A stretch of DNA of 64,000 nt from Candidatus Kerfeldbacteria bacterium (GCA_016193315.1 JACPSJ010000001.1:599478-663477); one strand, 5' to 3'; numbered from the stretch's first letter, positions 38,428 through 48,808 are shown. The notes: a model not told the origin generated them from the sequence alone. Made by a program: numbers and translations.

Positions 38428-39309
38428 TTAGGTTTTGGCGATGACGCGGAGTTTGGCGCTGCGGGCTCGGGGGTTGGCGAGTACCTCGGCGCGACTAGGA
38501 CGAATGACGTGTTTTGTCACCCGGCGCGCCTGACCAGCGGCGGTGGCCTGACGAGCCCACTGCTTGACCAGCCGGTCTTCCAGCGACTGAAAGGTGATGA
38601 CTACCAGCCGCCCACCCGATCGCAGAACGTGGAGCGCCTGCGGCAGGACGTCGCGCAGCGCCCCGAGTTCATCGTTGACCGCCAAGCGCAAGGCTTGAAA
38701 CACTTTCGTGGCCGGATGAAGTCGGCCGGGCCGTGGTTTGACGGCGGCGACCGTCTCGACTAGGTCGACGGTGGTGGCGAACGGTTGACGGGTTCGTCGC
38801 GTGACGATGGCCTCGGCCAGCCGCCGGGCGGCCGGTTCGCCGCCCAGCACTCGAAACAACTCCGTCAGCTGGTCAGCTGACCAGCTGTTGACGATGGTGG
38901 CGGCCCTCACCGTCTGCGACGTCGGATCAAGCCGCATGTCGAGCGGCCCTAGAGATTGGAAAGAAAATCCCCGACCTGGATCATGAAGCGCGAGTGTGGC
39001 CAGACCAAGGTCAAGGAGAACGCCAGCCACTGGGCGACAATGATGTTTGGTTGCATACTCTTCGAGCAGTCGAAAATTCCCTTGGACTGCGATTAGACGC
39101 GACCCGGCCGACGGGAACGTCGCGATCGTCTGACGGAACGTCCGCGGGTCGGCTTCGATCGCTAAGACGCGGCCGTCCGGGGCAGTGGCGTCGAGGAGCG
39201 CCCGGGTGTGCCCCCCACCGCCGAGCGTGCCATCAATGACGTCGTCGCCGGACCGCAGTTGAAGATGGGCAAGAACTTCTCGAAGGAGAACCGGAACATG
39301 GCCGGGCAT
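38428..39309 (-). CDS. rsmH: 16S rRNA m4C1402 methyltransferase
   Basis: HVPVL, DGTLGGGGH, PLDMR and NPRARSAKLR motifs. Confidence 0.95.
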   Translation of the reverse strand: MPGHVPVLLREVLAHLQLRSGDDVIDGTLGGGGHTRALLDATAPDGRVLAIEADPRTFRQTIATFPSAGSRLIAVQGNFRLLEEYATKHHCRPVAGVLLDLGLATLALHDPGRGFSFQSLGPLDMRLDPTSQTVRAATIVNSWSADQLTELFRVLGGEPAARRLAEAIVTRRTRQPFATTVDLVETVAAVKPRPGRLHPATKVFQALRLAVNDELGALRDVLPQALHVLRSGGRLVVITFQSLEDRLVKQWARQATAAGQARRVTKHVIRPSRAEVLANPRARSAKLRVIAKT

Positions 39310-39320
39310 GCCAGGGCATG

Positions 39321-39752
39321 TTAGACGCCGAGCTCACCAAGGGCTTCGGCGATCGCCCCGCTATGCTTTTCCGTACCACTCCGGTACCTCTTCCAGACGT
39401 CCTTGTCCCACAGTTCGAGCCGGTTGTAGAGACCAGCGATGACGACGGCTTTCTTCAGACCGGCGTACTGACGAAGGTATTCCGGCAAGACCGCTCGTCC
39501 CTGCCGGTCGATCTCCAGCTCCATCGCCCCCGCTAACATCAACCGACTAAAGGCCCGAGTGTTGGCTTTCGAAATCGGCAGTCGGGCCAACTTATCCGCC
39601 AACGCGTTCCACTCCCGCTCGTTATAGACGAACAAGCAGTTGTCCAAACCGCGAGTGACCACCGCCCCGCGGGCGAGTTCTTTCCGGAATTTGACCGGAA
39701 TTTGCAGGCGCCCTTTAGCATCCAGGGCATGGTGATATTCACCAATAAACAT
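39321..39752 (-). CDS. mraZ: Division/cell wall cluster repressor MraZ
   Basis: DAKGRL and DRQGR motifs. Confidence 0.95.
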   Translation of the reverse strand: MFIGEYHHALDAKGRLQIPVKFRKELARGAVVTRGLDNCLFVYNEREWNALADKLARLPISKANTRAFSRLMLAGAMELEIDRQGRAVLPEYLRQYAGLKKAVVIAGLYNRLELWDKDVWKRYRSGTEKHSGAIAEALGELGV

Positions 39753-39884
39753 GGCGTGCGCGATAGCTACTCAAGCCGGCACCGGAGCGGCTCGGTGGGC
39801 GGAAGAATGAATAACGGAATTTTGTTTGTAATTTGCGTTGTTTTGAGTGGTCGACGTGACGGGGGTGCACGGCAGTGAGGAGTT

Positions 39885-39932
39885 ATCCCCACTTTCTCCC
39901 ACTTATAACCCTTCCTATCCATTTTACACCAC
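39885..39932 (-). promoter_or_regulatory. MraZ-binding direct repeats
   Basis: Five GTGG-like units at 10-bp spacing (CCAC at 39889, 39899, 39929; variants at 39909, 39919) upstream of mraZ. Confidence 0.7.
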
Positions 39933-40151
39933 AGAGAGCCTAGCGTCAACACAGTGTTCCCCGTGGAACGTACGGGCGACTCAAAGACAGCAAAACACCG
40001 GATCAGAACATGGTCTGTCCCGTGTGTCAACCCCGTTAGAAGCCGCCGTGAAGGTTTATTATTAAGAAGTCTAATCTTCCGCCACCTCCGGCATGACCTA
40101 CAAAAAGTTACGGCCCGTTCCGCTTCTTACGGGCCGCCTCCCATGGAGTCG

Positions 40152-41048
40152 TCAGGGTGTCGGATGCTTCACGCGCGGCCGGAATCGTTCTTCCAACCAG
40201 AGAATCACGAGGAGGATGGCCAATGTCAACCAGCCAAACCGCCGACCATACCACCGACGATTGCGATCGGCCTCCTCGCGGATTCTCCACCCGGCGCTGC
40301 GGCGAATGCTCAGCGCATGTTCATGATCGATGGTGGCGCTCGGAATGTACCACCCGGCCACACCGAATTGGCGAGCTCGTTCGAACCATTCTGATTCTAA
40401 GCCAAAGTAGGTCAACCCCTCGTGCCACTCACCGACTTCCTGCCAGACCGACATGAACATCATCAAGCAACTGCCGCTCATCACCGGTACTTGGTTCGGC
40501 AGATTCGTGGTCCGGCACTGGCGCGCATACCGGAACGGCGGCACCAGCCACGACACAAATGGATGCCACGGGCGCGGCCATGGAAACTTGTACAGCAAGT
40601 TCGCGCCCCATAGGAAACGTCGAGTGACAAACGGAAAGCAGGTAGTCACTATCCGTCCGGGTGAATCGAATTCCCGCGGGCCGGCCACGGTCCGGGGATG
40701 ACGCTCCACCCAATCAAGGAGACGATCAAGTGCATGCTGGCCGAGGACGGTGTCTGGGTTGAGGAAGCACAGGGAGCGGCCGTGGGCATGACGGGCACCG
40801 AAATTCGCCGCTTTCGTGTAGCCGACGTTGTCACGCTGCGGGAAGTACAGACCGCGCAGTCCGCTGTCTTTCAAGACGACTCCGGCTGATCGACCGTCCG
40901 CTGGTCGGTATTCCGGCCCGATCGGCGAATTGTCGACGACGATGACTTCGATACTCTCGCTGGTCGCCACGTGAATCGACCGCAAGCAGTGCGCGAGCGC
41001 GTCTTCCGAGCGGTAGTTGACGATGACGAGGGAAAGCTGGGGGATCAT
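40152..41048 (-). CDS. GT2-family glycosyltransferase
   Basis: LVIVNY, VVDNS, FLNPD and GSCLM motifs. Confidence 0.88.
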   Translation of the reverse strand: MIPQLSLVIVNYRSEDALAHCLRSIHVATSESIEVIVVDNSPIGPEYRPADGRSAGVVLKDSGLRGLYFPQRDNVGYTKAANFGARHAHGRSLCFLNPDTVLGQHALDRLLDWVERHPRTVAGPREFDSPGRIVTTCFPFVTRRFLWGANLLYKFPWPRPWHPFVSWLVPPFRYARQCRTTNLPNQVPVMSGSCLMMFMSVWQEVGEWHEGLTYFGLESEWFERARQFGVAGWYIPSATIDHEHALSIRRSAGWRIREEADRNRRWYGRRFGWLTLAILLVILWLEERFRPRVKHPTP

Positions 41049-41089
41049 TCCAGAACAGTAACAGTATAACGCCCGAGCGATAACATTGG

Positions 41090-43219
41090 CTATGTCGCGC
41101 CGCGGCCGCGGCGCTTTCGCTTTCCGGTGGCTTGCAACACCCGATCAAGAATACCCTTTGGCTGTCCATCCTCGTCGAGCTCGATCACCTGATCGGGATC
41201 GATCAAGCTATCTTCGAGGGCTACTTCTGTCTCCTCGATCTGATACGGCTCGAGCAGCCGCTCCGGAATTTCTTTCAGAAACGGTGAGGGCGTGTTCAGA
41301 TGCATGGACATCGTGCGGTAACCCGAGGCCAGGCTGTAGGTCAGAAAAAGATACTCTTTCGCCCGCGTCACGGCCACATAGAACAAACGCCGCTCTTCTT
41401 CCAGTCCGCCATCTTCCGTCAAGGCTCGCGGATTCGGGAAATACTGCTCCGAAAGGTGCATCACAAAAACCGTGCGCCACTCCAATCCTTTGGCCTGGTG
41501 GATAGTCGTCAGGACGATTTTTTCGTCGTTCCCTTCGGCTGGCTCGCCGCCGACCAACCCGAATGATTCCTGCAATGACACTTCGGCCAGAAACTTATCC
41601 AATGAATCATACTTGCCCGCAAAGAGCGCCAGCTGCTCCAAGTCTTCCACCCGATCCGCCGCGTCCGGGTACTGATTACGAAGATAATCGCGGTAGTCAC
41701 TGTCAATGATCAAGTGGATCAGCGTTTCAGGATTGGCGGCTGGCTCGCCAATCAGGCCGGTCATGGTGCTCCGGAATGTCTGCCACCCCTTTTCGGCCCG
41801 TGGCAGAACCGACATTGTTTCGAAAACAACTTCTAGCGGATGCCGTTCTTCCGCGCCGGGCGAGTCCGCTTGCACCCGGTCGAAAATCTGGCCGGCGGTT
41901 TGCTCGCCAATGCCGACTTGCAACTTCAGAACGCGGAGAAAGGCCACCTCGTCTTTTGGGTTGGCCACGATTTTCAAATGGGCCAGCACGTCTTTGATAT
42001 GGGCCCGGTCGAAAAACCGCACGCCGCCACGGTACTCATACGGAATGTCGCGGTGGGTCAATTCGAATTCCAGCGCTTGCGAGTGGTAGGCCGCCCGAAA
42101 GAGAACGGCCACCTCGTGGAGTGGCACACCGTCATCGCGCAGCTCCAAGATTTTTTGGGCGATGAATTCCGCTTCCTGTTCGTCCGAGACGGCCGGCACC
42201 ATGGCCGGTCGGAGGCGGCCTGATCGAACGTGATGCAACTTCTTCGGGAATTGAGCGACGTTGTGTTTGATGACTTCATTCGCCACGTCGAGAATCGGCT
42301 GGGTTGAACGGTAGTTCGTCTCGAGTTTGAATGTTCGGCAGCCGGTAAAAACCTTGGGGAAATTCAGGATGTTGTCGATGTCTGCCCCACGGAATGAATA
42401 AATCGACTGGGCGTCATCGCCAACGACGAGAATATTGCCGTGCACCTCGCTCAACAGCCGAACAACCTCCGCTTGCAAGTGGTTCGTGTCTTGGTATTCA
42501 TCAACCAGGATGTAGCGAAATTGTTGGCTCAGGTGACGGCGAATATCATCGTGATCGCGGAGCAAAGTCAGGAGATGAGTCAAGAGATCGTCGAAATCCA
42601 TGGCATTGTTCCGTCGCTTGCGGTGTTCGTACTCTTCGGCCACGCGTACCAGATCAGGCATAACTTTCATGAACTCTGGCTTGGCTTCACTCACCAGTTC
42701 CTCGACCCCGAGGCCCATGTTTGCCGACAATGAAATGAGCGCGGAGATGACGCCGGTGCTTGGAAAGCGTCTTTTCTTGGGGTCGATGCCGAGCGCTTTG
42801 ACGCAGACGCTCAGTAAATCTTTGCTGTCTTCTTCATCGAGAATGGTAAAATTGTGGTCAAACCCGATTTTCGGTGCGTACTTTCGGAGCAGCAGGTTCG
42901 CCACATGGTGGAATGTTCCGCCCCAGAGTGATTTTGGGAACACGCCCAAAAGCTGCTCGACCCGAAAAAGCATTTCTTTGGCGGCCTTGTTCGTGAAAGT
43001 GACCAGCAAGATATTCTGCGGCTTGACGCCTTTTTCTACTAAGTACGCCACCCGATACACAATGGTTCGCGTCTTTCCAGAACCAGCACCGGCCAGCACC
43101 AAACACGGTCCGTCACCGTGGAGCACGACATCGAGCTGTTCCTGATTCAGTTCTTGCTGGTAGTCAACCTTGAAGACCTTTGGGTCGAAGGTCTTTTTGA
43201 TGATGTATTTCGTCGGCAT
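41090..43219 (-). CDS. UvrD/PcrA-family SF1 helicase
   Basis: AGAGSGKT, VDEYQD, GDDAQSIY, TIHQAKGLE and EERRLFYVAVTRA motifs. Confidence 0.93.
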   Translation of the reverse strand: MPTKYIIKKTFDPKVFKVDYQQELNQEQLDVVLHGDGPCLVLAGAGSGKTRTIVYRVAYLVEKGVKPQNILLVTFTNKAAKEMLFRVEQLLGVFPKSLWGGTFHHVANLLLRKYAPKIGFDHNFTILDEEDSKDLLSVCVKALGIDPKKRRFPSTGVISALISLSANMGLGVEELVSEAKPEFMKVMPDLVRVAEEYEHRKRRNNAMDFDDLLTHLLTLLRDHDDIRRHLSQQFRYILVDEYQDTNHLQAEVVRLLSEVHGNILVVGDDAQSIYSFRGADIDNILNFPKVFTGCRTFKLETNYRSTQPILDVANEVIKHNVAQFPKKLHHVRSGRLRPAMVPAVSDEQEAEFIAQKILELRDDGVPLHEVAVLFRAAYHSQALEFELTHRDIPYEYRGGVRFFDRAHIKDVLAHLKIVANPKDEVAFLRVLKLQVGIGEQTAGQIFDRVQADSPGAEERHPLEVVFETMSVLPRAEKGWQTFRSTMTGLIGEPAANPETLIHLIIDSDYRDYLRNQYPDAADRVEDLEQLALFAGKYDSLDKFLAEVSLQESFGLVGGEPAEGNDEKIVLTTIHQAKGLEWRTVFVMHLSEQYFPNPRALTEDGGLEEERRLFYVAVTRAKEYLFLTYSLASGYRTMSMHLNTPSPFLKEIPERLLEPYQIEETEVALEDSLIDPDQVIELDEDGQPKGILDRVLQATGKRKRRGRGAT

Positions 43220-43292
43220 CGCCCCGAGTCTACCAAGAAAAACCAAAACAAACAAACCTAAGTAACCGCGCCGCGATCATGTTTGAGTGAAG

Positions 43293-43369
43293 TCCCGCCC
43301 TGAGCATGTCGAAGGGCGGGATGAGCGAGTTATCGCGGCGCTCCAGACAAGCCACCGGCTTGTCTGGAG
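43293..43369. repeat. REP-like palindromes
   Basis: TCCCGCCCT-GAGCATGTCGA-AGGGCGGGA and CTCCAGACAAGCC-ACC-GGCTTGTCTGGAG. Related units near 18730 and 25622. Confidence 0.65.
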
Positions 43370-43458
43370 TCTTTCGGTTCCTTTTCTGATCAAGCAGAAA
43401 AGGAACAAATGAAACAATTCTCCACCTATTCGGTACTTGGATCCGGAGCAACCACACT

Positions 43459-44010
43459 TCACGGAGATTCCGAAAACGTTCGCCGCAGCGTCGGCAACCC
43501 CCAATCCTTCTCTGACAAATCCTCCGGCCCAACCGGCAGCGGCCACCTGATGTTCAACTCCGGATCATTGTACCGGATGCCGAGGTATTGTTGGCCTGGC
43601 TGCCAGTTTCCGTTTACCAAGTAGCCGTAGATCGTGCCGGCCTCGAGAACTTGGCAGGAATTGCCGAGTCCGCGAGAAAGAAATAGAGCTTTGCTCCGAT
43701 CAAGATCAAATGTTTTGACCTGCTTGAAAGTCGCCGACTTTGGCCGCAGATCAGCAATGGCGGCAAAGACACGTCCATGAACAACATGGACAAACTTCTC
43801 CCACGGCTCGGCATGGATGCCGCGCACAATCCCTGGCCGAAGGTTCTCCGCAATATTCCACTGCACCGGACCGAGACGCGGCAAGCCAAGCGCTTCTAGC
43901 TTTTCGGCCCGAAAAGCCTCGCGAAACGAGCCGCGGGTGTCTTCGTGAACAACGAGATCGATAACAAACAAACCTTTGATATCGGTTTCGCTAACTTTGG
44001 GTTCTGGCAT
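43459..44010 (-). CDS. rmlC: dTDP-4-dehydrorhamnose 3,5-epimerase family
   Basis: HEDTRGSFRE, VRGIH, DLRPKSATF and LNIRWP motifs. Confidence 0.8.
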   Translation of the reverse strand: MPEPKVSETDIKGLFVIDLVVHEDTRGSFREAFRAEKLEALGLPRLGPVQWNIAENLRPGIVRGIHAEPWEKFVHVVHGRVFAAIADLRPKSATFKQVKTFDLDRSKALFLSRGLGNSCQVLEAGTIYGYLVNGNWQPGQQYLGIRYNDPELNIRWPLPVGPEDLSEKDWGLPTLRRTFSESP

Positions 44011-44126
44011 TGGGTACACTTTGCGAATGATGACGTTATGATATCGCAGGATGGTATCGCTGTCATGCAAGTGGGTTGTGCCCCTCGCCGCTCATGAGCC
44101 ACTCACCCAGTTCGTGGCTCATGTAG

Positions 44127-44230
44127 TTCCCCTCCCCTCAAAATAGAGAGTGATTCACCCTCCGTCGTCCAGCCCCGTTCGAAGAACGAATGGGGCTGGA
44201 CTTCCTCCCCCTCCTTGAAAAGGAGGGGGA
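44127..44230. repeat. Cluster of intergenic palindromes
   Basis: GTCCAGCCCC...GGGGCTGGAC and CTCCCCCTCCTT...AAGGAGGGGGAG. Confidence 0.55.
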
Positions 44231-44266
44231 GTATAAAACGGGAAGGTGGCTAGCCTTCCCTTGAAG

Positions 44267-45304
44267 TTACGTCGTCACGGCCGCTGCCGATGCCGCATGG
44301 TCGACCTGGGGTTGTCCGGAATCGATCGGGGCCGGCAGGATTGGGTGCTCCAACTCATCCAGCGTCGTTGCGGCCTCATGCTCCCAACGCTGTCGCAGCG
44401 TCCGGCGAGCATTGAGTAAGCCGAGCCGCAGGAAATCTCCGCCGCGATTGGCGATCCGTGACTCATTCCCCCGCTTCCGCATTCGTTCGAAGTACGCGAC
44501 TGTGGCGGCCGCCACTGCCCCCAACTGGTCGCGCTCAGCCTTCGTCCGCCGAAGGTCGACGATCGCTCGCTTCGGCCCCTGGTCGCGGTTGACCATCAGC
44601 AGCGCTTCTTCGAGCGGGCAGACAACCTCGGTGCCGCGATGGAAAAGGCGGGCGCTCCAGATCGAGGAATCCGGGGGTATGTACCACGCCGTGCGCCGGC
44701 CGTCAGGTGCGGCAACTGCCTGTCCCCAAATGCTGAACTCGCGCTTGCCCTTGCGCCCAGAGATCGTATCGATGATGCTGACTACCAAGATCCGGTAGGG
44801 GAAAACCGCAATCCAGGCGAGCAAGTAAATGTATTTCCAGAGATACCCTCCATTCCAGAAAAGGAGGATGCCGCCGTTAATACACGGCGCACTCGCAGGA
44901 GAGGGATTCGGATCGTATCGGTACCACCCATATCCCCCGCTTTGGAGAAGTTCCTTGCGCGGATCCCGAACGTGGATGTGTATCTTAAGCCGGTGGTCGA
45001 GGAACACGAAGTGGCGCCGGAGAGAGAAGACCTCGTGGCCAAAGGAGATGCACATGATAATGCTTGTGAGCGCAACGGTCCCTCCCAGCCACCAGAAAAT
45101 CAATGTGGATGGACCGGCCTTCCACGATCCGGTGAGAAAGCCCATGGCGAGGATGAACCCGACGATTCCGGTTAGGGCGGAAAAGAGTGCCGCCGCAGCC
45201 AGGAGCGTGGGAGACGCCGGAGTTAGCTCCCGGTCTTGACCCTCAAAATCCTTGATGCAGGCCGGGCATTCAGTGTGCTTCCGCCGTGAAACTGGTCGTG
45301 ACAT
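44267..45304 (-). CDS. Hypothetical membrane protein
   Basis: CPAC motif, TM helices, helical C-terminus. Confidence 0.55.
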   Translation of the reverse strand: MSRPVSRRKHTECPACIKDFEGQDRELTPASPTLLAAAALFSALTGIVGFILAMGFLTGSWKAGPSTLIFWWLGGTVALTSIIMCISFGHEVFSLRRHFVFLDHRLKIHIHVRDPRKELLQSGGYGWYRYDPNPSPASAPCINGGILLFWNGGYLWKYIYLLAWIAVFPYRILVVSIIDTISGRKGKREFSIWGQAVAAPDGRRTAWYIPPDSSIWSARLFHRGTEVVCPLEEALLMVNRDQGPKRAIVDLRRTKAERDQLGAVAAATVAYFERMRKRGNESRIANRGGDFLRLGLLNARRTLRQRWEHEAATTLDELEHPILPAPIDSGQPQVDHAASAAAVTT

Positions 45305-45546
45305 GATTGCTCTCCCATCGCCGCAGGCTTGGACGTCCATCTGGACCATCCCCTGTCAGCAGGAAGTGCTCCGTTGGCCATCCCGACATTTGCGGGGGCT
45401 TCCAAGCAGAGCGATGTAAGGTACACGTCACGTTCTTACCGTAACCGCCGACCGACGTCAAGTCGAGCCATACGAACCCTGCGCTTTTTGCCGTCTCATC
45501 ACGATTCCTGCTAGACTGTAGTTAACAATCCACTGACATTCAAACT

Positions 45547-46761
45547 ATGCGCCTCTTCAACCTCATCGTCATCATCAGCCTGCTGATGTTCGGCCTGACC
45601 CTCCCGGCCGCGGCGCTCACGCTTGAGGGTCGCAATACCTTGTTTTCGGATTCCGATCGGACCGTGAACGACGTCTATGCCGGTGGCGGCGGCACCGTCG
45701 ATCTGTCCGGCACGTTCAATAACGACCTCCTCGCGGCCGGTGGAACAGTCACCATCCCCGGTAAAGTAGCGGGCGACATTCTCGTGGCTGGTGGGACAGT
45801 AAAAATCACCGGCAACGTGAGCGGCAGCGTTCGCGCGGCGGGCGGCACGATTGAGATTGATGGTGCGGTCGGACGGAATGTTCTTGTCGCTGGCGGCAGC
45901 ATCATTCTTGGTCGAAACAGCAAAGTGGCTGGTGAAGTCACGGTCACCGGCGGAACGCTGACCTTCCAAGGCACCGCTGGCAAGGACTTCAACTTCTGGG
46001 GCGGCTCGGCCGTCATCAATGGCAGCATTGATGGCAGCGTCAATCTCCGCACCGGCGACGATTGCGGTCAGGATCCCTGCATCACGCTCGGTCCGAATGC
46101 CAGGATCAAGGGCAACCTGACGTACTGGGCGGCTATGCCGGCTGACATTCACGCCAGTGCGATCATCGACGGTTCGACCACTCGACACGCTGTCAGCCTA
46201 CCAGTCAAGACCAAAGATATCGAACGGTTTTTCACCGGCTTGAGATTTTGGGCGGTGTTTTCCAGCTTGGTGGTCGGCGTCGTCCTGGCACTCTTCCTGC
46301 CAAAAGTCGTCCGTCAGGTGGCCGAGCAGATGACCCGTCGTCCCGGCCCGGCCATCGGGTTTGGACTGCTGGTGCTGTTCGCCGGACCGATGGCTTTCGT
46401 CTTCCTAGCCATTACGCTGGTTGGCATCCCCTTGGCACTCATTCTTTTTGGCCTCTACCTGCTCGGTCTCTATGTCGCCCAGATCTTTCTCGGTTATTTC
46501 TTTGGCACGGTCATTGTGCGGGCGCTGCGTCGCTCAGGCGCTCCGAACATTGATCTTCGGCGGGGCTCAGTCTTCTGGGCAACCATGGTGGGGATGGTAG
46601 CTCTAGCGCTCATCTTTGATTTCCTGCTGGGCGCCAGCTTGACCGGCGGGCTGCCGTATATTGGATTCTTCGGCGGTCTGCTTCGCTTCGCCCTCGTCGT
46701 TTGGGCCTTTGGTGGGCTCATCCTCCACAAGTGGCAGTACGTCAAAGAACACGGCGCCTGA
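45547..46761 (+). CDS. Exported beta-helix (bactofilin-like repeat) protein with C-terminal membrane domain
   Basis: Signal peptide, repeated AGGTVxIxGxVxG units, several C-terminal TM helices. Confidence 0.75.
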   Translation: MRLFNLIVIISLLMFGLTLPAAALTLEGRNTLFSDSDRTVNDVYAGGGGTVDLSGTFNNDLLAAGGTVTIPGKVAGDILVAGGTVKITGNVSGSVRAAGGTIEIDGAVGRNVLVAGGSIILGRNSKVAGEVTVTGGTLTFQGTAGKDFNFWGGSAVINGSIDGSVNLRTGDDCGQDPCITLGPNARIKGNLTYWAAMPADIHASAIIDGSTTRHAVSLPVKTKDIERFFTGLRFWAVFSSLVVGVVLALFLPKVVRQVAEQMTRRPGPAIGFGLLVLFAGPMAFVFLAITLVGIPLALILFGLYLLGLYVAQIFLGYFFGTVIVRALRRSGAPNIDLRRGSVFWATMVGMVALALIFDFLLGASLTGGLPYIGFFGGLLRFALVVWAFGGLILHKWQYVKEHGA

Positions 46762-46782
46762 TTCTCTCGGCTTGCTCTAGAC

Positions 46783-46808
46783 CCGAATAAAACCCGAAGT
46801 TATCCACA
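46783..46808. promoter_or_regulatory. Inverted LexA-type box CCGAA-N6-CCGAA next to a DnaA-box match TTATCCACA
   Basis: Exact motifs at 46783-46798 and 46800-46808. Confidence 0.5.
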
Positions 46809-46814
46809 ACGTGA

Positions 46815-46940
46815 CCCCACCCCTACACCCCTCCCCTTTGGTAGGACAGTAGATCGACAGCTACACCCAAGACGGACAGGCCTGTTTTCTGCCCAAGTTA
46901 GCCTTATTCCTCTCAAAGGGGAGGGGCTTAGGGGAGGGGT
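46815..46940. repeat. Long REP-like palindromic element
   Basis: CCCCTCCCCTTTG at the left pairs with CAAAGGGGAGGGG at the right. Confidence 0.55.
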
Positions 46941-46941
46941 C

Positions 46942-46970
46942 TTGACTTCGGTTTTCCTTCGGTATAACAT
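46942..46970 (+). promoter_or_regulatory. lexA promoter TTGACT-N17-TAACAT with TTCGG-N6-TTCGG box (46947-46962)
   Basis: Position expected for autoregulation upstream of lexA. Confidence 0.75.
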
Positions 46971-47078
46971 TACCGCAGAGACCGAGTGACGCCGAGCTCA
47001 CCAGGCGGCGAGGGTCGAACAGGACGAGGAAACTCCCTGAACGCCTTCTCCCCTCACCCGGTCAGATAAACACCACCC

Positions 47079-47699
47079 GTGGCCCCCATCCTTCCCAAGA
47101 CAAAGCAAAAAGTCCTCCACTATCTCAAGGTCTACGTCGATGAGCATGGTTACGCGCCGACGCTGACCGAGATCGCTAAGTTTCTTGGCGTCTCCGCACT
47201 GTCGACGGTCCATGAACACCTCGAGTTTCTTGAGGAACGTGGTTTTATTGAACGGGCTGAGGGTGAAGAACGAGGGCTAACGTTGACGCGGAAGTGGCAC
47301 CAGCTTGGACAGGCGCTAGCTCGTAGCCTGGCCGTGCCAGTCGTCGGCGTCATCGCCGCTGGCAGCCCGATTGAAGCCACCGAGCATCGCGAGCAGACGT
47401 TGGCCGTCCCCGAGGAATTCGTGCGCGGCAAAAATGCCTATGCCCTCAAAGTCAGCGGCGACTCGATGATTGAAAGTTTCATTGCCGACGGTGACTACGT
47501 GGTGGTCGAAAAGACCGATTTCGCCCGCGACGGTGATACCGTGGTTGCCCTCCTTGACGATGGTACGGCTACACTCAAAAAATTCTTCAAGAAACGCCAC
47601 TTCGTCCGCCTGCAGCCGGCCAACCGTCAGTACAAACCGATTGATGTGAAGAGTGTCGTCATCCAGGGGAAAGTGCTGGGAGTGATTCGGCGATACTGA
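47079..47699 (+). CDS. lexA: SOS repressor LexA
   Basis: N-terminal wHTH (PTLTEIA...STVHEHL), IAAG cleavage site, GDSM serine and TLKK lysine. Confidence 0.95.
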   Translation: MAPILPKTKQKVLHYLKVYVDEHGYAPTLTEIAKFLGVSALSTVHEHLEFLEERGFIERAEGEERGLTLTRKWHQLGQALARSLAVPVVGVIAAGSPIEATEHREQTLAVPEEFVRGKNAYALKVSGDSMIESFIADGDYVVVEKTDFARDGDTVVALLDDGTATLKKFFKKRHFVRLQPANRQYKPIDVKSVVIQGKVLGVIRRY

Positions 47700-47716
47700 G
47701 CCGAGACTCAGTAGAG

Positions 47717-48112
47717 ATGGACTACCAGGGGACCATCATTGAGGAGAGTTTAGAAGACGCGAGTGTTCTGTCTGGACTGCGGATTATTAAGACCGATGTC
47801 AAACCGGCAACCGAGAAAGAACGAACGCCGTGGGTCAAGCAATGGACATTACATACGATCAACATTCCTCAGCAGCGGGCGGAGGTCATCGCGAGGAAGA
47901 TTATGATGGCTCTTGATCGGCAGCATCCTTGGTACGCCGATTTCAAGAACGCGAGAACGCACTACATTATTTTCCGCGACAAGATGTTTCGCGTTGACCG
48001 AACCAAGAGGGACTCGTACCAGCCAGCCACCGATCATGGTTTGTCACTAGGCATTCCGTACTACCAGCTTGATTTTTCTGCCCACATCCTCGTTGCCGCC
48101 ACGAAAGCATAA
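47717..48112 (+). CDS. Conserved hypothetical protein
   Basis: GTIIEESL...WTLH...WYADFK...GIPYYQLDF. Confidence 0.6.
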   Translation: MDYQGTIIEESLEDASVLSGLRIIKTDVKPATEKERTPWVKQWTLHTINIPQQRAEVIARKIMMALDRQHPWYADFKNARTHYIIFRDKMFRVDRTKRDSYQPATDHGLSLGIPYYQLDFSAHILVAATKA

Positions 48113-48130
48113 ATTTTTTTACCTTTTTGC

Positions 48131-48146
48131 TTCGGTTTTTATTCGG
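48131..48146 (+). promoter_or_regulatory. Putative LexA box TTCGG-N6-TTCGG
   Basis: Exact direct repeat between TTGCTT and TATTCT. Confidence 0.7.
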
Positions 48147-48271
48147 CTCGTATTCTAAATGCTAAAAACTACCCCCTCATGTCAGCTCCCCATGATCCCG
48201 TTAGACAGCTCTCTGACCATGCGCCAACCTATGATACGGCAAGATCATTCGTTAGCTGACTATCTAACGGG

Positions 48272-48775
48272 ATGATCGCCTACCTCCAACTACCATCCAA
48301 TCAAATCGTGATCGACCAACTGGAGTTCCTCAGCAAACTCCAAGGCGTCAAAGCGTGGGAAGTTGATAGCCCACAGGGTTTGTATCTCCTGCTTGAACCG
48401 TGGATGCGGAAACGGCTCGTTCACCATCTCTACCAAGCGCTGCGTGGCTACTTTGGTACGCGCGTTCGCTTCGGTGCCGCCGAGCAAAAAACGACTGCCC
48501 GAGCAGCCGCATTGTATCGCCCGGTCCCTCACTGCACCGTGGTGACGCCCGAAACTGCTGACCAGTTCCTGGCCCACCTCCCAATCTACCTTCTGCCTGG
48601 CCTTGGTCAGCGAACGACTCGTTTCCTTGAACGCCAGGGAGTCAGGACGTTTTCCTCTTTCCGTGGGCTCTCGACAACGACGCTGAAAGAATGGTTCGGC
48701 GTCTCGGGGTTGATCCTGTTGCAATTCGCCAAGGGGCTTGATCCGCGTTCGGTCGAACCCTCACGAGCCACATAA
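48272..48775 (+). CDS. Truncated, non-catalytic Y-family polymerase-like (ImuB-like) protein
   Basis: FLAHLPIYLLPGLGQRT HhH thumb and AKGLDPR; no catalytic acidic motifs. Confidence 0.65.
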   Translation: MIAYLQLPSNQIVIDQLEFLSKLQGVKAWEVDSPQGLYLLLEPWMRKRLVHHLYQALRGYFGTRVRFGAAEQKTTARAAALYRPVPHCTVVTPETADQFLAHLPIYLLPGLGQRTTRFLERQGVRTFSSFRGLSTTTLKEWFGVSGLILLQFAKGLDPRSVEPSRAT

Positions 48776-48808
48776 AAAAACAGAGGGAGTCGTATCGATC
48801 CGACTCCC
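48774..48808 (-). terminator. Intrinsic terminator on the minus strand
   Basis: GGGAGTCG/CGACTCCC stem followed by TCTGTTTTTTT. Confidence 0.7.

Noticed and set aside
46800-46808. Replication origin from a DnaA box
   Set aside because: Single perfect box with no cluster and no dnaA or dnaN nearby.
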